The notes under the pieces: model-generated
Told to the model about the DNA's origin: nothing
Databases searched by the model: none
Seen by the model: only the letters and a program-made list of their open reading frames with translations
Made by a program: the position numbers and the translations under genes
NCBI GenBank assembly: GCA_963739455.1
Contig: CAVUAK010000001.1
Coordinates: 2,208,001-2,272,000, forward strand
Direction of reading: 5' to 3'
Length of the DNA: 64,000 nt
Origin: an uncultured Gemmatimonadales bacterium
GTDB lineage: Bacteria > Gemmatimonadota > Gemmatimonadetes > Gemmatimonadales > GWC2-71-9
In this document: piece after piece, positions 1 through 11,533 of the stretch
How positions within the stretch are numbered: the first letter of the stretch is position 1
Layout of the letters: every line of letters begins with the position of its first letter

Positions 1-2121
1 CGCAGAAAAGAGGCGATCGAGAATGGTGCCGGCGTTCTCCAGGTAGGAATCGGCGTCATACGCGTGGCGGGCCGCGAACAGCACGTCGGTGAGGTTGCCA
101 CTCTGGTAGTACAGGTGGCTCAGCGATCCCCACGCACCGGCCTGCATGGGCGCAACCTTCACGCTCGCCTCCAGGTCCTGCTGCGCGGAGGCGAGCAGGG
201 CATCGGCGGCGCGTCCTTCAGGCTCCAGCCGCAGGAGCCAGCGCCAGTAGCGGAGGTTGCCCCGGAGCTCGAGCGCGTCAGGGTCGGACGCATCACGCTG
301 CAGCGCGCTGTCGGCGAGCACGAGCCCGGCGGCGATCATCGGCTCGGCCGCGAGCGGGTTGCCGACCGACAGGCGCGAGCGTCGGTACGCGAGGCGGCCG
401 CGGAACACGAGTGGCGCTCCCCACGCCGGATCCCTGGCCGCGGCGACCAGTGCGAGAGAGTCGGACTCGGTGAAGCGCGCGTTCGCCGTGGCGGAGTCGC
501 CGGTGCTCGCTGCCAGTTCGGCGCGCTTGCGCTGCTGCTCGGCGCGCTGCAGCGTCACCCAGGCATCCGCACTCCGCGTGCTGGACCGCGCCTTGAGCAG
601 GCGCACCTCCTCGCCAAGCCGTTCGCGAAGCAGGTCCGCCACCCGTCCCGGCAGGGAATCGCGCACCGCAAGCGCATCAGTGAGCGGCTCTTCCACCGAG
701 ACGCGACGGATCTCGGAGCCTCCGGCGTCCACCAGCCGGGCGGTGACATTGATGCGGCCGTTGCCGGCGGGCTGCACCTCGCCGATCACGAGCGTGCCCA
801 CCCTGAGCACGCGGGCGATGCTGTCGCGTGGGAGGCCGCTGGTGCGAAATGGTGCGACACCGTTCGACGAGATGACCTCGAGGTCCTGCACGGTCGTCAG
901 CGACTGGATGAGTTCCTCGGTGAGGCCGTCGGTGAGCGGTCCCAGTGAGTGATCCGGGCTCTTGTCCTCGAAGTAGAGGACGGCCACACGCCGCGGATCG
1001 GCCGCAGTCGCGCTGGCAGCGGGCGGCGACGCATCGGCGCGCTTCTGCCAGAACATCCAGGCGCCCACGGCGAGCACCAGTGCAGCGACCGTCCCGGCGA
1101 TGATCCGTGGCCATGGCAGGCCTGAGCTGAGGGCCATGCCGTCGTCGACTGGGACCTGCCGCGGCGTGCGAACGGTGGCGACGCCCGGGAACGGCGTACG
1201 GGGCGTCCGCGCGATTCCAGCGGCGGACGGCATCGGTGTTCGAGGCGTGGCACCGCGACGACCGGAGACGCGCTCGAGGGCGAGTGCGGCCTCGAGTTCC
1301 CCCAGGGCGTCGGCAAACTCGCGCATGCTGCCGAAGCGATCCTCCGGCGTTTTCGCCAGCGTCCGGAAGGTGGCGTCCTCGAGTTCGTCGGGTATGGCCT
1401 GGCGCACGACGCGCAGGCTGGGCACCTGCTCCATGGCGTGTCGCGCCAGCAGGGCCATGGGGTTGGGGCCGCTGAACGGTGGCTGCCCAATGAGCAGTTC
1501 ATACAGCACGCATCCAAGGCTGTACTGGTCACTCCGGCCATCGAGTTCGCCACCGAGCCCCTGTTCCGGGCTCATGTAGTGCGGCGTTCCGACTGCCATG
1601 CCGGTCTCGGTGAGCTTCTGCCCGCCGGCTACCTCGACCGCCTTGGCAATGCCGAAATCGGCCACGAGTGCATGCCCGCCCTGGAGCAGGATGTTCTCGG
1701 GCTTGATGTCCCGGTGCACGACGTGGTGGTCGTGGGCGAACTGGAGCGCTTCCGCCGCCTCGCGGACAATGCGGACGGCATCCTCCACCTGGAGCTGGTG
1801 CTCCCGCGCGAGGCGGTCGCGAAGGGACTCCCCCTCGATGAACGGCATGACGTAATAGAGAAGGCCGTCGGCGGAACCGGAGTCGTACAACGGCAGGATG
1901 TTGGGATGCTGCAACTGGGCGGCGACCTTGATCTCGCGGAGGAAGCGATCGGCGCCGATGGTGGCCGACAACTCCGGCTTGAGCACCTTGATCGCCACCG
2001 GTCGCGCGTGGCGGGTGTCGGTGGCCAGGTACACGAACGCCATGCCCCCCTGTCCGAGGGGGCGCTCCACGTCGTAGTGCCCCGCGAGGGCGGCCCGCAG
2101 TCGTTCGAACTGGTCGGACAA
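1..2121 (-). CDS. Hanks-type Ser/Thr protein kinase with TM helix and TolB-like/TPR-type C-terminal region (runs off window start)
   Basis: Hand translation of the minus strand: HRDIKPENILL, DFG (1651-1659), GTPHYMSPE, TM segment IIAGTVAALVLAVGAWMFW, then RRVAVLYFED. Spot checks keep the same frame down to position 1. Probable TTG start at 2121. Confidence 0.85.
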   Translation of the reverse strand, partial: MSDQFERLRAALAGHYDVERPLGQGGMAFVYLATDTRHARPVAIKVLKPELSATIGADRFLREIKVAAQLQHPNILPLYDSGSADGLLYYVMPFIEGESLRDRLAREHQLQVEDAVRIVREAAEALQFAHDHHVVHRDIKPENILLQGGHALVADFGIAKAVEVAGGQKLTETGMAVGTPHYMSPEQGLGGELDGRSDQYSLGCVLYELLIGQPPFSGPNPMALLARHAMEQVPSLRVVRQAIPDELEDATFRTLAKTPEDRFGSMREFADALGELEAALALERVSGRRGATPRTPMPSAAGIARTPRTPFPGVATVRTPRQVPVDDGMALSSGLPWPRIIAGTVAALVLAVGAWMFWQKRADASPPAASATAADPRRVAVLYFEDKSPDHSLGPLTDGLTEELIQSLTTVQDLEVISSNGVAPFRTSGLPRDSIARVLRVGTLVIGEVQPAGNGRINVTARLVDAGGSEIRRVSVEEPLTDALAVRDSLPGRVADLLRERLGEEVRLLKARSSTRSADAWVTLQRAEQQRKRAELAASTGDSATANARFTESDSLALVAAARDPAWGAPLVFRGRLAYRRSRLSVGNPLAAEPMIAAGLVLADSALQRDASDPDALELRGNLRYWRWLLRLEPEGRAADALLASAQQDLEASVKVAPMQAGAWGSLSHLYYQSGNLTDVLFAARHAYDADSYLENAGTILDRLFSA

Positions 2122-2204
2122 GGCTGATCTGGAAGAGGGGTTACCCAACATACTACACCAGAACTGCGCCTCGCGGGTGGCCGCGCCGCATTACTTTTCC
2201 CTCC

Positions 2205-2609
2205 ATGCTCCCGCCGTTCTTCTATCGCCTGACCGAGGGGATCCGGATCACGGTCCGTCCCGAATACCTGGCCGACCAGTCGCGACCGTCGCAGCGGCAT
2301 TTCGTCTTCGCGTATCGGGTACGCATCGAGAACACCGGCCCGCAGGCGTCACAGCTGGTGACGCGGCACTGGCACATCCACGACTCGGTGGGCCGCGACA
2401 CCGAAGTGGAGGGTGAGGGCGTGGTGGGTGAGCAGCCGGTGATCTCGCCCGGCGCGGTGCATGAGTACCAGAGCTTCTGTGTGCTGCAGTCGGGCAACGG
2501 ACACATGGAAGGGTCGTATCGCTTCGTCCGAGCCGATGGCACCTCCTTCGAGGCGCTGATCCCGCGCTTCATCCTCGATGCCGAGCAGGCCACCGGACCT
2601 GCCCACTAG
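2205..2609 (+). CDS. apaG: ApaG protein
   Basis: FAYRVRIEN...QLVTRHWHIHD...EVEGEGVVGEQPVI...GHMEGSY, the ApaG signature. Confidence 0.93.
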   Translation: MLPPFFYRLTEGIRITVRPEYLADQSRPSQRHFVFAYRVRIENTGPQASQLVTRHWHIHDSVGRDTEVEGEGVVGEQPVISPGAVHEYQSFCVLQSGNGHMEGSYRFVRADGTSFEALIPRFILDAEQATGPAH

Positions 2610-3964
2610 GCCGACGGGCGACCCCGAGCCGCGTAGCACGGCGGCCGACACACGGGAGCAGTTTGCCGCCGCGCTGACGGCCTTGCGACTCGAGCCGGGC
2701 AACTGGCTCATCGCCGTTTCGGGCGGACTCGATTCAGTGGCACTCCTGCAGCTCATCGCCGAGATCGGTCCGGCGCATGGCGTCGTTCCCATTGCCGGTC
2801 ATGTCGATCACGGCATTCACCCCGATAGCGCCGCCGTCGCCGCGCTCGTGAAGCGTCATGCCGAGCGGCTGGGGCTGCAGTACCGCTCGGAGCTGCTGCG
2901 ACTCGATGCCGACAGCTCGGAGACCACCGCCCGACGGGGGCGCTACCAGGCGCTCCGCAGCATGGCGCGGAGCGTGGCGTCGCGCGGGATCATGACCGCG
3001 CATCACGCCGACGACCAGGTGGAAACGGTGCTCATGCGCGCCCTGCGTGGCTCCGGACCGGCCGGTCTCGCTGGCATGGAGGCGGCCCGACGGGTGGATG
3101 TGGTGCGACCGGTGCTGCAATTCTCCGGCAGCAGCCTCGCGAGCGTGGTCGACGAACTGGGCCTGGAGTACTGGGATGACCCGGCGAACGAAAACCCGGC
3201 GCACCTGCAGGAGCTGGATCAGGCTGGACCTCATTCCCCGCCTGCGCACGCGCCTTCCCGATGTGGATGAGCGACTGCTCGACGTTGCGGAGCAGGCCCG
3301 CGATCACCGGACGGCGTGGGACCAGCTCCTCGGCCAGTTGCCCGGGCTCGACCTGATCGAGGGCACCCCAACATCGGTTTCGGCGTTTCCCTGGCTGGCG
3401 AATGATTCGCCGCTCGCCCGACAGTTGCTGGCGACATTGGGTCGCCGCATTGGCGTGCGCCTGTCGCAGCGTGCTGTTCGCCGGGCGCTCGCGCTCGTCC
3501 GGGCCGCGGCAAGCGGACGCCGGGCGGAGATGGGCCATGGGTGGGAGGCGGAGTTCTCTTTCGGCCGGCTCGTGCTCGAACGACCAATCGGGGTGAGCCA
3601 GGCACCGGTACAACTCGATGGGGACCTCGGTCGCCTGGTGTGGCAGGGATGGCAGGTCCGCTGGCGCAGGGCCACGGCGGGCGAGGTCGTGCGTGGCGGC
3701 CTCGTGACCTGGGTGACGCCGGGCGCACTCTCGGTGGGAGCACCAGTGTCGGGCGAACGGCTGCAACCGCTGGGTTTCTCGGGGCGACGTCCCCTCGTGC
3801 GCCTGCTTCAGGATGCACGGGTGCCTGTCGGACGGCGCCGCGGATGGCCAGTGGTGCGGCGCGGTACCGAGGTGATCTGGCTGCCTGGTGTGTGTCGTTC
3901 CGCGGCGGCAGTTCCGGCCATTGATCGCGAGGCCGTTCATCTTCTCTTCGAGCCCAATCCATGA
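2578..3964 (+). CDS. tilS: tRNA(Ile)-lysidine synthetase (frameshift near 3208)
   Basis: AVSGGLDS PP-loop, HVDHG, TAHHADDQVET, DPAN; C-terminal half continues in ORF 3047..3964; tilS-hpt-ftsH synteny. Confidence 0.88.
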
Positions 3965-4514
3965 CCCTTCCGCCAGATGCGCTCCGTCGCACCGGTGGGA
4001 CCGCCATCAAGCGCGTCGTCTTTTCGGAGCAGGCCATCGCCGAGCCGCGTGCAGGGACCTGGCGCGGGAGATCACCCTGGCATATCCCGCCGGCGACCTG
4101 CTGCTGATTGGCCTGCTCAAGGGAAGCTTCATCTTCATGGCCGACCTGGCCCGGGCGATCGAGCGGCCACTGCAGGTGGACTTCCTGGTGGCCAGTTCGT
4201 ACGGCAAGGGCACCACGTCCAGCGGTAACGTGCGGCTGCTCTACGACCCGGCGACGGACCTGGCGGGGAAGCATGTGCTGGTGGTGGAGGACATCATCGA
4301 CACAGGTCGCACGCTCCAGCGCCTGCTGTCATTGCTGAGTGCCCGGCAGCCGGCCAGCCTGGCGGTGTGTGCACTGCTCGACAAGAAGATCGCGCCCCCG
4401 ATACCGGAGGTGCGTTTCGTCGGGTTCGACTGTCCGCCGGCGTTCATCGTCGGGTATGGCCTGGACTACGCCGAGGACTACCGGCACCTGCCTTTTGTCG
4501 CGGAGGTGGGGTAG
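3961..4514 (+). CDS. hpt: Hypoxanthine phosphoribosyltransferase (frameshift near 4045)
   Basis: LLKGSFIFMADL, VLVVEDIIDTGRTL PRPP-binding motif, FIVGYGLDY; ATG 3961 overlaps the tilS stop. Confidence 0.92.
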
Positions 4515-4523
4515 TTAGGGGAG

Positions 4524-4553
4524 AGTCGGCGGTCGACAGTCGGCAGTCGGCAG
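4524..4553 (+). repeat. Tandem heptamer repeat (AGTCGGC-like x4)
   Basis: AGTCGGC GGTCGAC AGTCGGC AGTCGGC AG just after the hpt stop. Confidence 0.7.
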
Positions 4554-4558
4554 GTTGG

Positions 4559-4587
4559 TTGCCCGCTCAACTGGATCGGTCTATCAT
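4559..4587 (+). promoter_or_regulatory. Putative sigma70 promoter of ftsH
   Basis: TTGCCC-N17-TATCAT in an AT-richer intergenic region. Confidence 0.55.
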
Positions 4588-4742
4588 TTTAAGTCCGCTT
4601 GGCGCTTGGTTTTGTGACTGGCGCCACGGCCAGGCCAGACGTCATTTCGGCACTGGTCGTGCACTACAGCAGTGCACGCTCGTCGTTACCGTCGATATGG
4701 CAGGTTTTCGTCTCCCATTCATGGTGGACTTGAAAGAAATAG

Positions 4743-6730
4743 ATGGCTGAACGCATGCCGCGTCCCCCCCGGCCGAGTTGGGGGAACATGGGCAAGAACC
4801 TGGCGCTGTGGCTCCTCGTAGGGCTGCTGGCGCTTGCGCTCTTTCAGATGATGAGCCGCCAGCGGAGTCCGACGGCGGAATTTTCCTACAGCGAATTCAG
4901 CCACGAGCTCGAGCGCGGCAATGTGTCGCGCGTCGAAGTGTTCGATGGCAAGCGCGTCGAGGGCGACTTCAAGAGCGCGGTGACGCAGGACGGCCGGAGC
5001 GCCAAGAGCTTCACCGTGCTCCTGCCCATCGCGAACAGCGAAGCGTTCATGAAGCGGGTCGAGGATGCCGGCGTGCCGATCACCGCGCGCGAGCCCAAGG
5101 CCGGTTTCAGCGCGGTGCTGATCAACCTGCTGCCCTGGATCGTGATGTTCGGGCTCTGGTTCTTCCTCCTGCGCCAGCTGCAGGCGGGCGGCAGCCGCGC
5201 GTTCGCGTTCGGGAAGTCGAAGGCGAAGCTGCTCACCGGCGACACGCCGAAGGTGACCTTCGCCGACGTCGCCGGCTGCGACGAGGCGAAGACGGAACTG
5301 CAGGAGATCATCGAGTTCCTGAAGGATCCGCAGAAGTTCACCCGGCTGGGCGGGCGCCTGCCGAAGGGTGCGCTGCTGGTCGGTCCTCCGGGCACCGGCA
5401 AGACGCTGCTGGCGAAGGCGGTGGCCGGCGAGGCGGGACGCCCGTTCTTCTCGATGTCGGGTTCCGACTTCGTCGAGATGTTCGTGGGCGTCGGCGCGAG
5501 CCGGGTGCGCGACCTCTTCGAGCAGGGCAAGGCGCATGCGCCGTGCATCATCTTCATCGATGAAATCGACGCCGTGGGCCGGCATCGCGGTGCGGGCCTG
5601 GGTGGCGGTCACGACGAGCGCGAGCAGACGCTCAATCAGCTGCTGGTGGAGATGGACGGGTTCGAGTCGAACGACGGCGTGATCCTCATCGCCGCGACGA
5701 ACCGTCCCGACGTGCTGGATCCGGCGCTGCTGCGTCCCGGCCGTTTCGACCGCCAGATCGTGGTGGACTCGCCCGACGTGCGCGGACGCGAGGGCATCCT
5801 GCGGGTGCACATGCGGAAGATCCCGCTCGGTGCCGGCGTGGACCTCGGCATCATCGCGAAGGGCACGCCCGGGCATGGCGGGCGCCGATCTCGCGAACCT
5901 GGTGAATGAAGCGGCGCTCCTGGCCGCGCGGAACAACAAGACGCTCGTGGACATGAGCGACTTCGAGGAAGCGAAGGACAAGGTCATGCTCGGCGTCGAG
6001 CGCCGGAGCCTCGTGCTGAGGGACGAGGAGAAGAAGCTCACGGCGTATCACGAGGCGGGACACACGGTGGTGTCGCTCATGATCGCCGGGCTCCGACCCG
6101 ATCCACAAGGTCACGATCGTGCCGCGCGGTCGCGCGCTCGGGCTCATGATGTCGCTGCCCGACAAGGACCGGTATGGCCAGACCAAGGAATGGTTGATCG
6201 GTCGCCTGGCGATCAGCTTCGGCGGCCGCGTGGCCGAGGAGCTGGTGTTCGGCCCGGAGAAGATCACCACGGGTGCCGGCAGCGATATCCAGCAGGCCAC
6301 CGATACGGCGCGGCGCATGGTGACGATGTTCGGCATGAGCGAGCGGGTGGGCATGATGGCGGTGGGCGACCAGGAGCATGAGATCTTCCTGGGCCGCGAG
6401 ATGTCACAGCGCCGGGCCGTGTCCGAGCGCACCGCGGAAATCGTGGACGATGAGGTGAAGCGTTTCCTCGATGAGGCGTTCGACAAGGCGCGGAAGATCC
6501 TCACCGACAATCGCGTTCTCCTCGACCGCATTGCCCTGACGCTGCTCGACCGCGAGACGGTCGATCGCGAGGATCTCGACCTGCTGCTCCGCGGCGAGCC
6601 ACTGCCGCCCCGGCCGCCGGCGATTCCGCCGCTGGCCCCGGCGCCGGTGGTGCCGCCCAAGGCCGCGGCCTCGTCGCTCCGCGCCACTCCCGTGCTCGGC
6701 GCACCGCCGGCCGAGCCAGCGGGCGCGTGA
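4743..6730 (+). CDS. ftsH: ATP-dependent zinc metalloprotease FtsH (frameshifts near 5870 and 6090)
   Basis: Two TM helices, [40 protein letters not shown]; split over ORFs 4743, 5830 and 6119. Confidence 0.95.
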
Positions 6731-7909
6731 ATGTCACGCCGCTGACGATCCGAAGTCCTGCGGCGCTGCTCGACGAGCTGCGCTCGCGGGGCTGGGATGC
6801 CGGCACGGCAACCTCGACGGCGGGCGGCGTGATGCCGCTCGCCGTTCGTTGTACGGGCCTGGGGGATGACACCCTCCAGGCCCTTGTCGTGTTCGGCGGC
6901 AGTCACGGCCTCGAGGTCATCACCGGGCCCGGACTGGGCAATCATCGCCGGGTCACACGCGCGACTGGGCGCGCTGGCGCGTCCGTGGTTCGTTCCGGAG
7001 CCGCTGCAGGAACTCGCGACGTGCCTTGGACGGGCACTCCCGGCTGAGGTTCCGGTGCGGTGGCAGACGGCGCGCGGTCCCATCGCGCTCGACCGACCGC
7101 TCATCGTCGGCATCCTCAACGTGACGCCGGACAGCTTCAGCGACGGCGGGAAGCTGCGGGATGCGGCGACGGTACTGGCGCGCGCGACGGAACTGGTGCG
7201 CGACGGTGCAGGGATGCTCGACATCGGCGGCGAGTCGACGCGACCGGGACGTACGGCGGAGGTGCCACTGGCCGAGGAGCTCGCGCGTACGGTTCCGGTG
7301 GTCGAGCTGCTCGCGCGCGAACTGCCGGCTACGCCGCTCTCGATCGACACGATCAAGTCGGGCGTGGCGCGGGCGGCGCTCGATGCCGGCGCGGCGGTGG
7401 TCAATGATGTGTCGGGACTGCGCCTCGATGCGGAACTGGGCACGGTGGTCGCGAGGGCCGGGGCCGGACTCGTGCTGATGCACTCGCGCGGCTCGAGCCT
7501 GGAGCTGGCGAGCTATGCCCATGCCGAGTACGGCGATGACCTGGTGGGAACTGTCATTGCGGAACTGCGCGAGGGACTTGAGCGCGCGTCGACGGCGGGT
7601 ATCGCGCCCGATGCCGTGGCGGTGGATCCGGGCCTCGGCTTCGGCAAGACACCGGCGCAGAGCCTGGCGCTGCTCGACTCACTCGAGGCCCTTCAGTGTC
7701 TCGACCGGCCACTGTACGTTGGGCCGTCCCGCAAGCGCTTCCTGGGCGACGCGACCGGGTTGCCGGCGGACGCACGCGATACGGCGACGGCCGCGGCATG
7801 CGCGCTCGCCTGGGAGCGCGGCGCCCGCATCTTCCGCGTGCATGACGTGAAGCGCGCACGCGAGGCGCTCGCCGTGGCCTCTGCCCTCGATACCCGATTG
7901 AGCGAATGA
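6727..7909 (+). CDS. folP: Dihydropteroate synthase with N-terminal extension (frameshift near 6925)
   Basis: GILNVTPDSFSDGG, DIGGESTRPG, DPGLGFGK, GPSRK, RVHDV. Confidence 0.92.
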
Positions 7910-10311
7910 ACGACACGATCGAAGCGCAGGAACGGCCGCCCTATGGTGCGGCGCTGATCGTTACGCTGGTGGTGCTGGCGGGCTACATCGCGAGCCTGGC
8001 ACCGACGGTCACCTTCTGGGATGCCGGCGAGTTCATCGCCGCCACCAAGATCCTCGGCATCCCGCACCCACCCGGTACGCCGCTTTTCGTGCTGATGGCC
8101 CATGTCTGGGCGGTGCTGCTTCCCTTCGGATCGTGGGCGTTCCGCACCAACCTGCTGAGTGCGACGTTCAGTGCGGCGGGGGCGGGGATGTTTTTCCTGG
8201 TGGTTCATGAGTCCTTGAAAGGCGGGGAAGGCGGGGAGGGCGGGGAGGGCGGGGAGGGCGGGCGCGACCTCGTGCGATTGATCGGGGCGGGTGCGGCAGC
8301 GATCATCGGCGCGTTCTCGTTCACCAACTGGCAGAACTCGAACGAGACCGAGGTGTACGCCGTCGGCACGTTCATGATTGCGGCCTCGTGCTGGCTCGCG
8401 CTCCGGTGGCGGGCGGCGCGGGGCACGCGTCGCGCGCCGGTGTACCTGCTGCTGATCGTGTACCTGCAGGGACTGTCGGTCGCGAACCACCTGCTGGCAC
8501 TGCTGGTGGGGCCTGCGGTGCTCGGCTTCCTCTTCTTCACGCTGCGCAGCGCGCCGTCGTCGGAGCCTCGCGAGCGCCGTCACGAATGGGCCAAGCTCGC
8601 CGCGATGGCCGGCATCTGGGCGCTGCTCATCGGCACCGGGCTCGGCAACACCACGCTGCTGCTGATTGGTGCCCTCTGCTTTGCGGTCGCCGGAATATTT
8701 GCGTTCACCGCGGGGGCCGGCGGCTTTGCGGTGATGGCGCTGCTCCTCGCCGCGGTCGGCGTGTCACCGTACCTGTTCCCCTACATCCGCTCCGGGCAGC
8801 ACCCGATCGTCAACGAGGCGGCGCCGGCCACCTGGGATGCGCTGCTCGCCGTGATCCGTCGCGCACAGTATCCGCCGCGCGGCCCACTCGATGATCCCAC
8901 CGTGGCGCATGGACCGGGGAATCCGGGCCGCTCGCTCACCATCATGTGGCTGCAGGCCCAGAACTATCTCCTCTACTGGCTCTGGCAGTTCGGCAAGAGC
9001 GGTGTGCTCGCGATCCAGGCGGTGGTCTTCGCCGTGTTCTTCGGTCTCGGGGTGCGTGGTTCGCTGGCGCAGCGGCGGAGCGATCGGGGCGTGTGGTGGC
9101 TCCTGTTCCTGCTCTGGCTGGTGACGGGGATCGGGCTCGTGGTGTACATGAACTTCAAGCCGGGCTTCAGCCTCGGGTTTGCACCGGACCTGTTCCCCAA
9201 TGCGAACAACCATGAGGTACGCGAGCGCGACTACTTCTTCGTGGTGAGCTTCGTGGTGTGGGGGCTGTGGGCAGGGATTGGGCTCTGGTCGCTCGTGACA
9301 AGGGCGGCAGGAAGTCAGGCGGCAGAAAAGCAGGCGGCAGGAAGTCAGGCAGGTGCTCCGTTCGCTGCCGCGCTCTTTCTCGTTGCGTTGATTCCTCCCG
9401 CCTTGAACTGGCGGGAGGCGTCGCGCAGCAGCGCGGCCGACAGGACGCTTGCGGCCGATCTCGCGTACAACCTCCTCAATACCGCGCCACCGTACGGCAT
9501 CCTCTTCACCTATGGCGACAACGACACCTTCCCGCTCTGGTGGGCTCAGGAGGTGGCGGGCATACGACAGGACGTGACGGTTGTCTGCCTGGCGCTGGCA
9601 CAGACCGACTGGTACATGCGCCAGCTGCGCGACAACCCGATCCGTGACTTCGACGAGGCCGCGGCGCCCGCCATCTGGCAGGGGCTCCACCCGGTGAAGC
9701 CGACGTGGTCGCTGCACAGCATGACGGACGCCGAGATCCAGAGTGCTGCGAGCTCCCCGATCCTGATCGACTCGACCATGTCGATCCCGATCGGCCCGGT
9801 GGTGGCGAACTTCAAGGCTCAGACGATCCTGTACCCGAACGACATCGTCAGCCTCCGCATCATCCAGCAGAACATCGGTCGGCGGGCCATCGTCTGGTCG
9901 ATCACCACTGGCGACAACTACGAGGGTCTCCGCGACTATATCGTGCAGCAGGCCATGGGTTTCCGGCTCGCCACCGCGCGCCCTGATTCGTCGCAACCGG
10001 GCCTGAGCCTGGGTGGCATCGGGAACATCGCGGTGGACATCCCACTCACCCATCGTCTGGCGTGGGAGACCTATCAGTACGGATTCCTGCTGACTGGGCG
10101 GACGGACCGCCTCGAGAGCACGTCGGCGAGCATGGCTTCCAGCTTGTCCATCCCCTTCACCATCCTGGCCTATCACGCGGATGCGCTGGGCGACACTGCC
10201 GCCGTGATAAAGAACCTCGAGCGGGCCCAGCAGATCGCCCCCAATGAGGCGATCGAGGCAGCGCTCTCGGCCTACAGGTCCCACCTCCTCCCAGCCGCTC
10301 CAACCCCTTAA
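7906..10311 (+). CDS. DUF2723 / TMEM260-like multi-pass GT-C glycosyltransferase
   Basis: TVTFWDAGEFIA...GIPHPPGTPL, ETEVY, EVRERDYFF, FTYGDNDTFPLW; many TM helices. Confidence 0.8.
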   Translation: MNDTIEAQERPPYGAALIVTLVVLAGYIASLAPTVTFWDAGEFIAATKILGIPHPPGTPLFVLMAHVWAVLLPFGSWAFRTNLLSATFSAAGAGMFFLVVHESLKGGEGGEGGEGGEGGRDLVRLIGAGAAAIIGAFSFTNWQNSNETEVYAVGTFMIAASCWLALRWRAARGTRRAPVYLLLIVYLQGLSVANHLLALLVGPAVLGFLFFTLRSAPSSEPRERRHEWAKLAAMAGIWALLIGTGLGNTTLLLIGALCFAVAGIFAFTAGAGGFAVMALLLAAVGVSPYLFPYIRSGQHPIVNEAAPATWDALLAVIRRAQYPPRGPLDDPTVAHGPGNPGRSLTIMWLQAQNYLLYWLWQFGKSGVLAIQAVVFAVFFGLGVRGSLAQRRSDRGVWWLLFLLWLVTGIGLVVYMNFKPGFSLGFAPDLFPNANNHEVRERDYFFVVSFVVWGLWAGIGLWSLVTRAAGSQAAEKQAAGSQAGAPFAAALFLVALIPPALNWREASRSSAADRTLAADLAYNLLNTAPPYGILFTYGDNDTFPLWWAQEVAGIRQDVTVVCLALAQTDWYMRQLRDNPIRDFDEAAAPAIWQGLHPVKPTWSLHSMTDAEIQSAASSPILIDSTMSIPIGPVVANFKAQTILYPNDIVSLRIIQQNIGRRAIVWSITTGDNYEGLRDYIVQQAMGFRLATARPDSSQPGLSLGGIGNIAVDIPLTHRLAWETYQYGFLLTGRTDRLESTSASMASSLSIPFTILAYHADALGDTAAVIKNLERAQQIAPNEAIEAALSAYRSHLLPAAPTP
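8221..8262 (+). repeat. Tandem 9-mer GGCGGGGA(A/G) x4.7 inside a CDS
   Basis: Read directly; encodes GGEGGEGGEGGEGG. Confidence 0.85.
9304..9353 (+). repeat. Tandem 15-mer repeat x3 inside a CDS
   Basis: GCGGCAGGAAGTCAG GCGGCAGAAAAGCAG GCGGCAGGAAGTCAG; encodes AAGSQAAEKQAAGSQ. Confidence 0.75.
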
Positions 10312-10322
10312 ATTCCAAGGTT

Positions 10323-11006
10323 ATGGCAGCCCATAACCTGGTTGACCGGCTGGCGGCCGTCCGAGAGACGATCGACCGCAGCCTGACCCGGTCGGGGCGG
10401 CGCCATTCCGTTACCATCGTCGCCGTCACCAAGACGCATCCGCCCGAGGCGGTGCGCGAGGCGCTCGCGGCGGGGCTCGGCGACGTGGGCGAGAACCGGG
10501 TGCAGGAAGCACTCGAGAAGCAGGACGCGTTGCCGGGGGTTGCCGCGCGATGGCACCTCATCGGCACGATGCAGCGGAGCAAGGCACGGCTGGTGGCAGG
10601 GCGCTTCGCGCTGATCCACTCGGTGGACCGCGCGGACCTGGCAGGCGACCTGGCCCGACGCGTGGTACCGGGCGCGCGGCAGCGGGTGCTGCTGCAGGTG
10701 AACTGCTCGGCGGAGCCGCAGAAGGGCGGCGTCGAGCCCGAAGGCCTGCCGCAGCTGATCGACGATGTGCTCGCACTGCCGGCACTCGAACTCTGCGGGC
10801 TGATGACGATGGCGGCGTTCGACGCTGACGAACCAGCCCTGCGCCGCACGTTCGGGCTGTTGCGTCGGTTGCGGGACGAGGGCGAGCAGCGCGGCATATC
10901 GCTGCCGGAGTTGTCGATGGGCATGTCGGGGGACTATCCGATCGCGGTCGAGGAGGGCGCCACGCTGGTGCGACTCGGCACGATCCTGTTCGGAGAGCGC
11001 ACATGA
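10323..11006 (+). CDS. yggS: PLP homeostasis protein YggS family
   Basis: VAVTKT, GENRVQE, WHLIG, LSMGMSGDY, VRLGTILFGER. Confidence 0.93.
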   Translation: MAAHNLVDRLAAVRETIDRSLTRSGRRHSVTIVAVTKTHPPEAVREALAAGLGDVGENRVQEALEKQDALPGVAARWHLIGTMQRSKARLVAGRFALIHSVDRADLAGDLARRVVPGARQRVLLQVNCSAEPQKGGVEPEGLPQLIDDVLALPALELCGLMTMAAFDADEPALRRTFGLLRRLRDEGEQRGISLPELSMGMSGDYPIAVEEGATLVRLGTILFGERT

Positions 11007-11533
11007 CGGAACCGAACTTCCAGCTGACGCCAAACGAGGTGCGTGGACAGCAGTTCGGCACCTCGTTCCGGGGCTTTGACCGGATGGAAGTTGAGCTGTT
11101 CCGCGACCGGGTCGCGGAGGAGCTCGACCGGCTGTTGCGTGAACGGATCCAGATCGACGAGCGCACACGCAACGCTCAGGAGCAGCTGCGCGCTTTCCGC
11201 GAACGTGAGCGCGCCATGAACGACGCGCTGATCGCGGCCCAGCAGCTGAGGGCGGAGGCCAAGCAGGCGGCCGAGCGCGAAGCGGAAGCGGTGATCCGGG
11301 AGGCGCGGGCAGAAGGGGAGCGCATTGTGGACCGCGCCCGGATGGATGAGCGGCAGGTGCGGGAGCGGGCCGAGACGGCGGCGCGACAGTTCGCGGCCTA
11401 TGTGGCGGCGTTCCGCGCGCTGCTCGAACGACAGATGGCGGAGCTCGACGTGCTCGAGGGCCACACGAAAACCATCATCCAGGTGCAGTCGGAGGCGCTC
11501 GCCGCTTCCGCGGCCGCGATCGCCGCGTCATGA
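11003..11533 (+). CDS. divIVA: DivIVA-domain coiled-coil protein
   Basis: [27 protein letters not shown]-terminal motif followed by a coiled coil; yggS-divIVA-ileS context. Confidence 0.85.
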   Translation: MTEPNFQLTPNEVRGQQFGTSFRGFDRMEVELFRDRVAEELDRLLRERIQIDERTRNAQEQLRAFRERERAMNDALIAAQQLRAEAKQAAEREAEAVIREARAEGERIVDRARMDERQVRERAETAARQFAAYVAAFRALLERQMAELDVLEGHTKTIIQVQSEALAASAAAIAAS

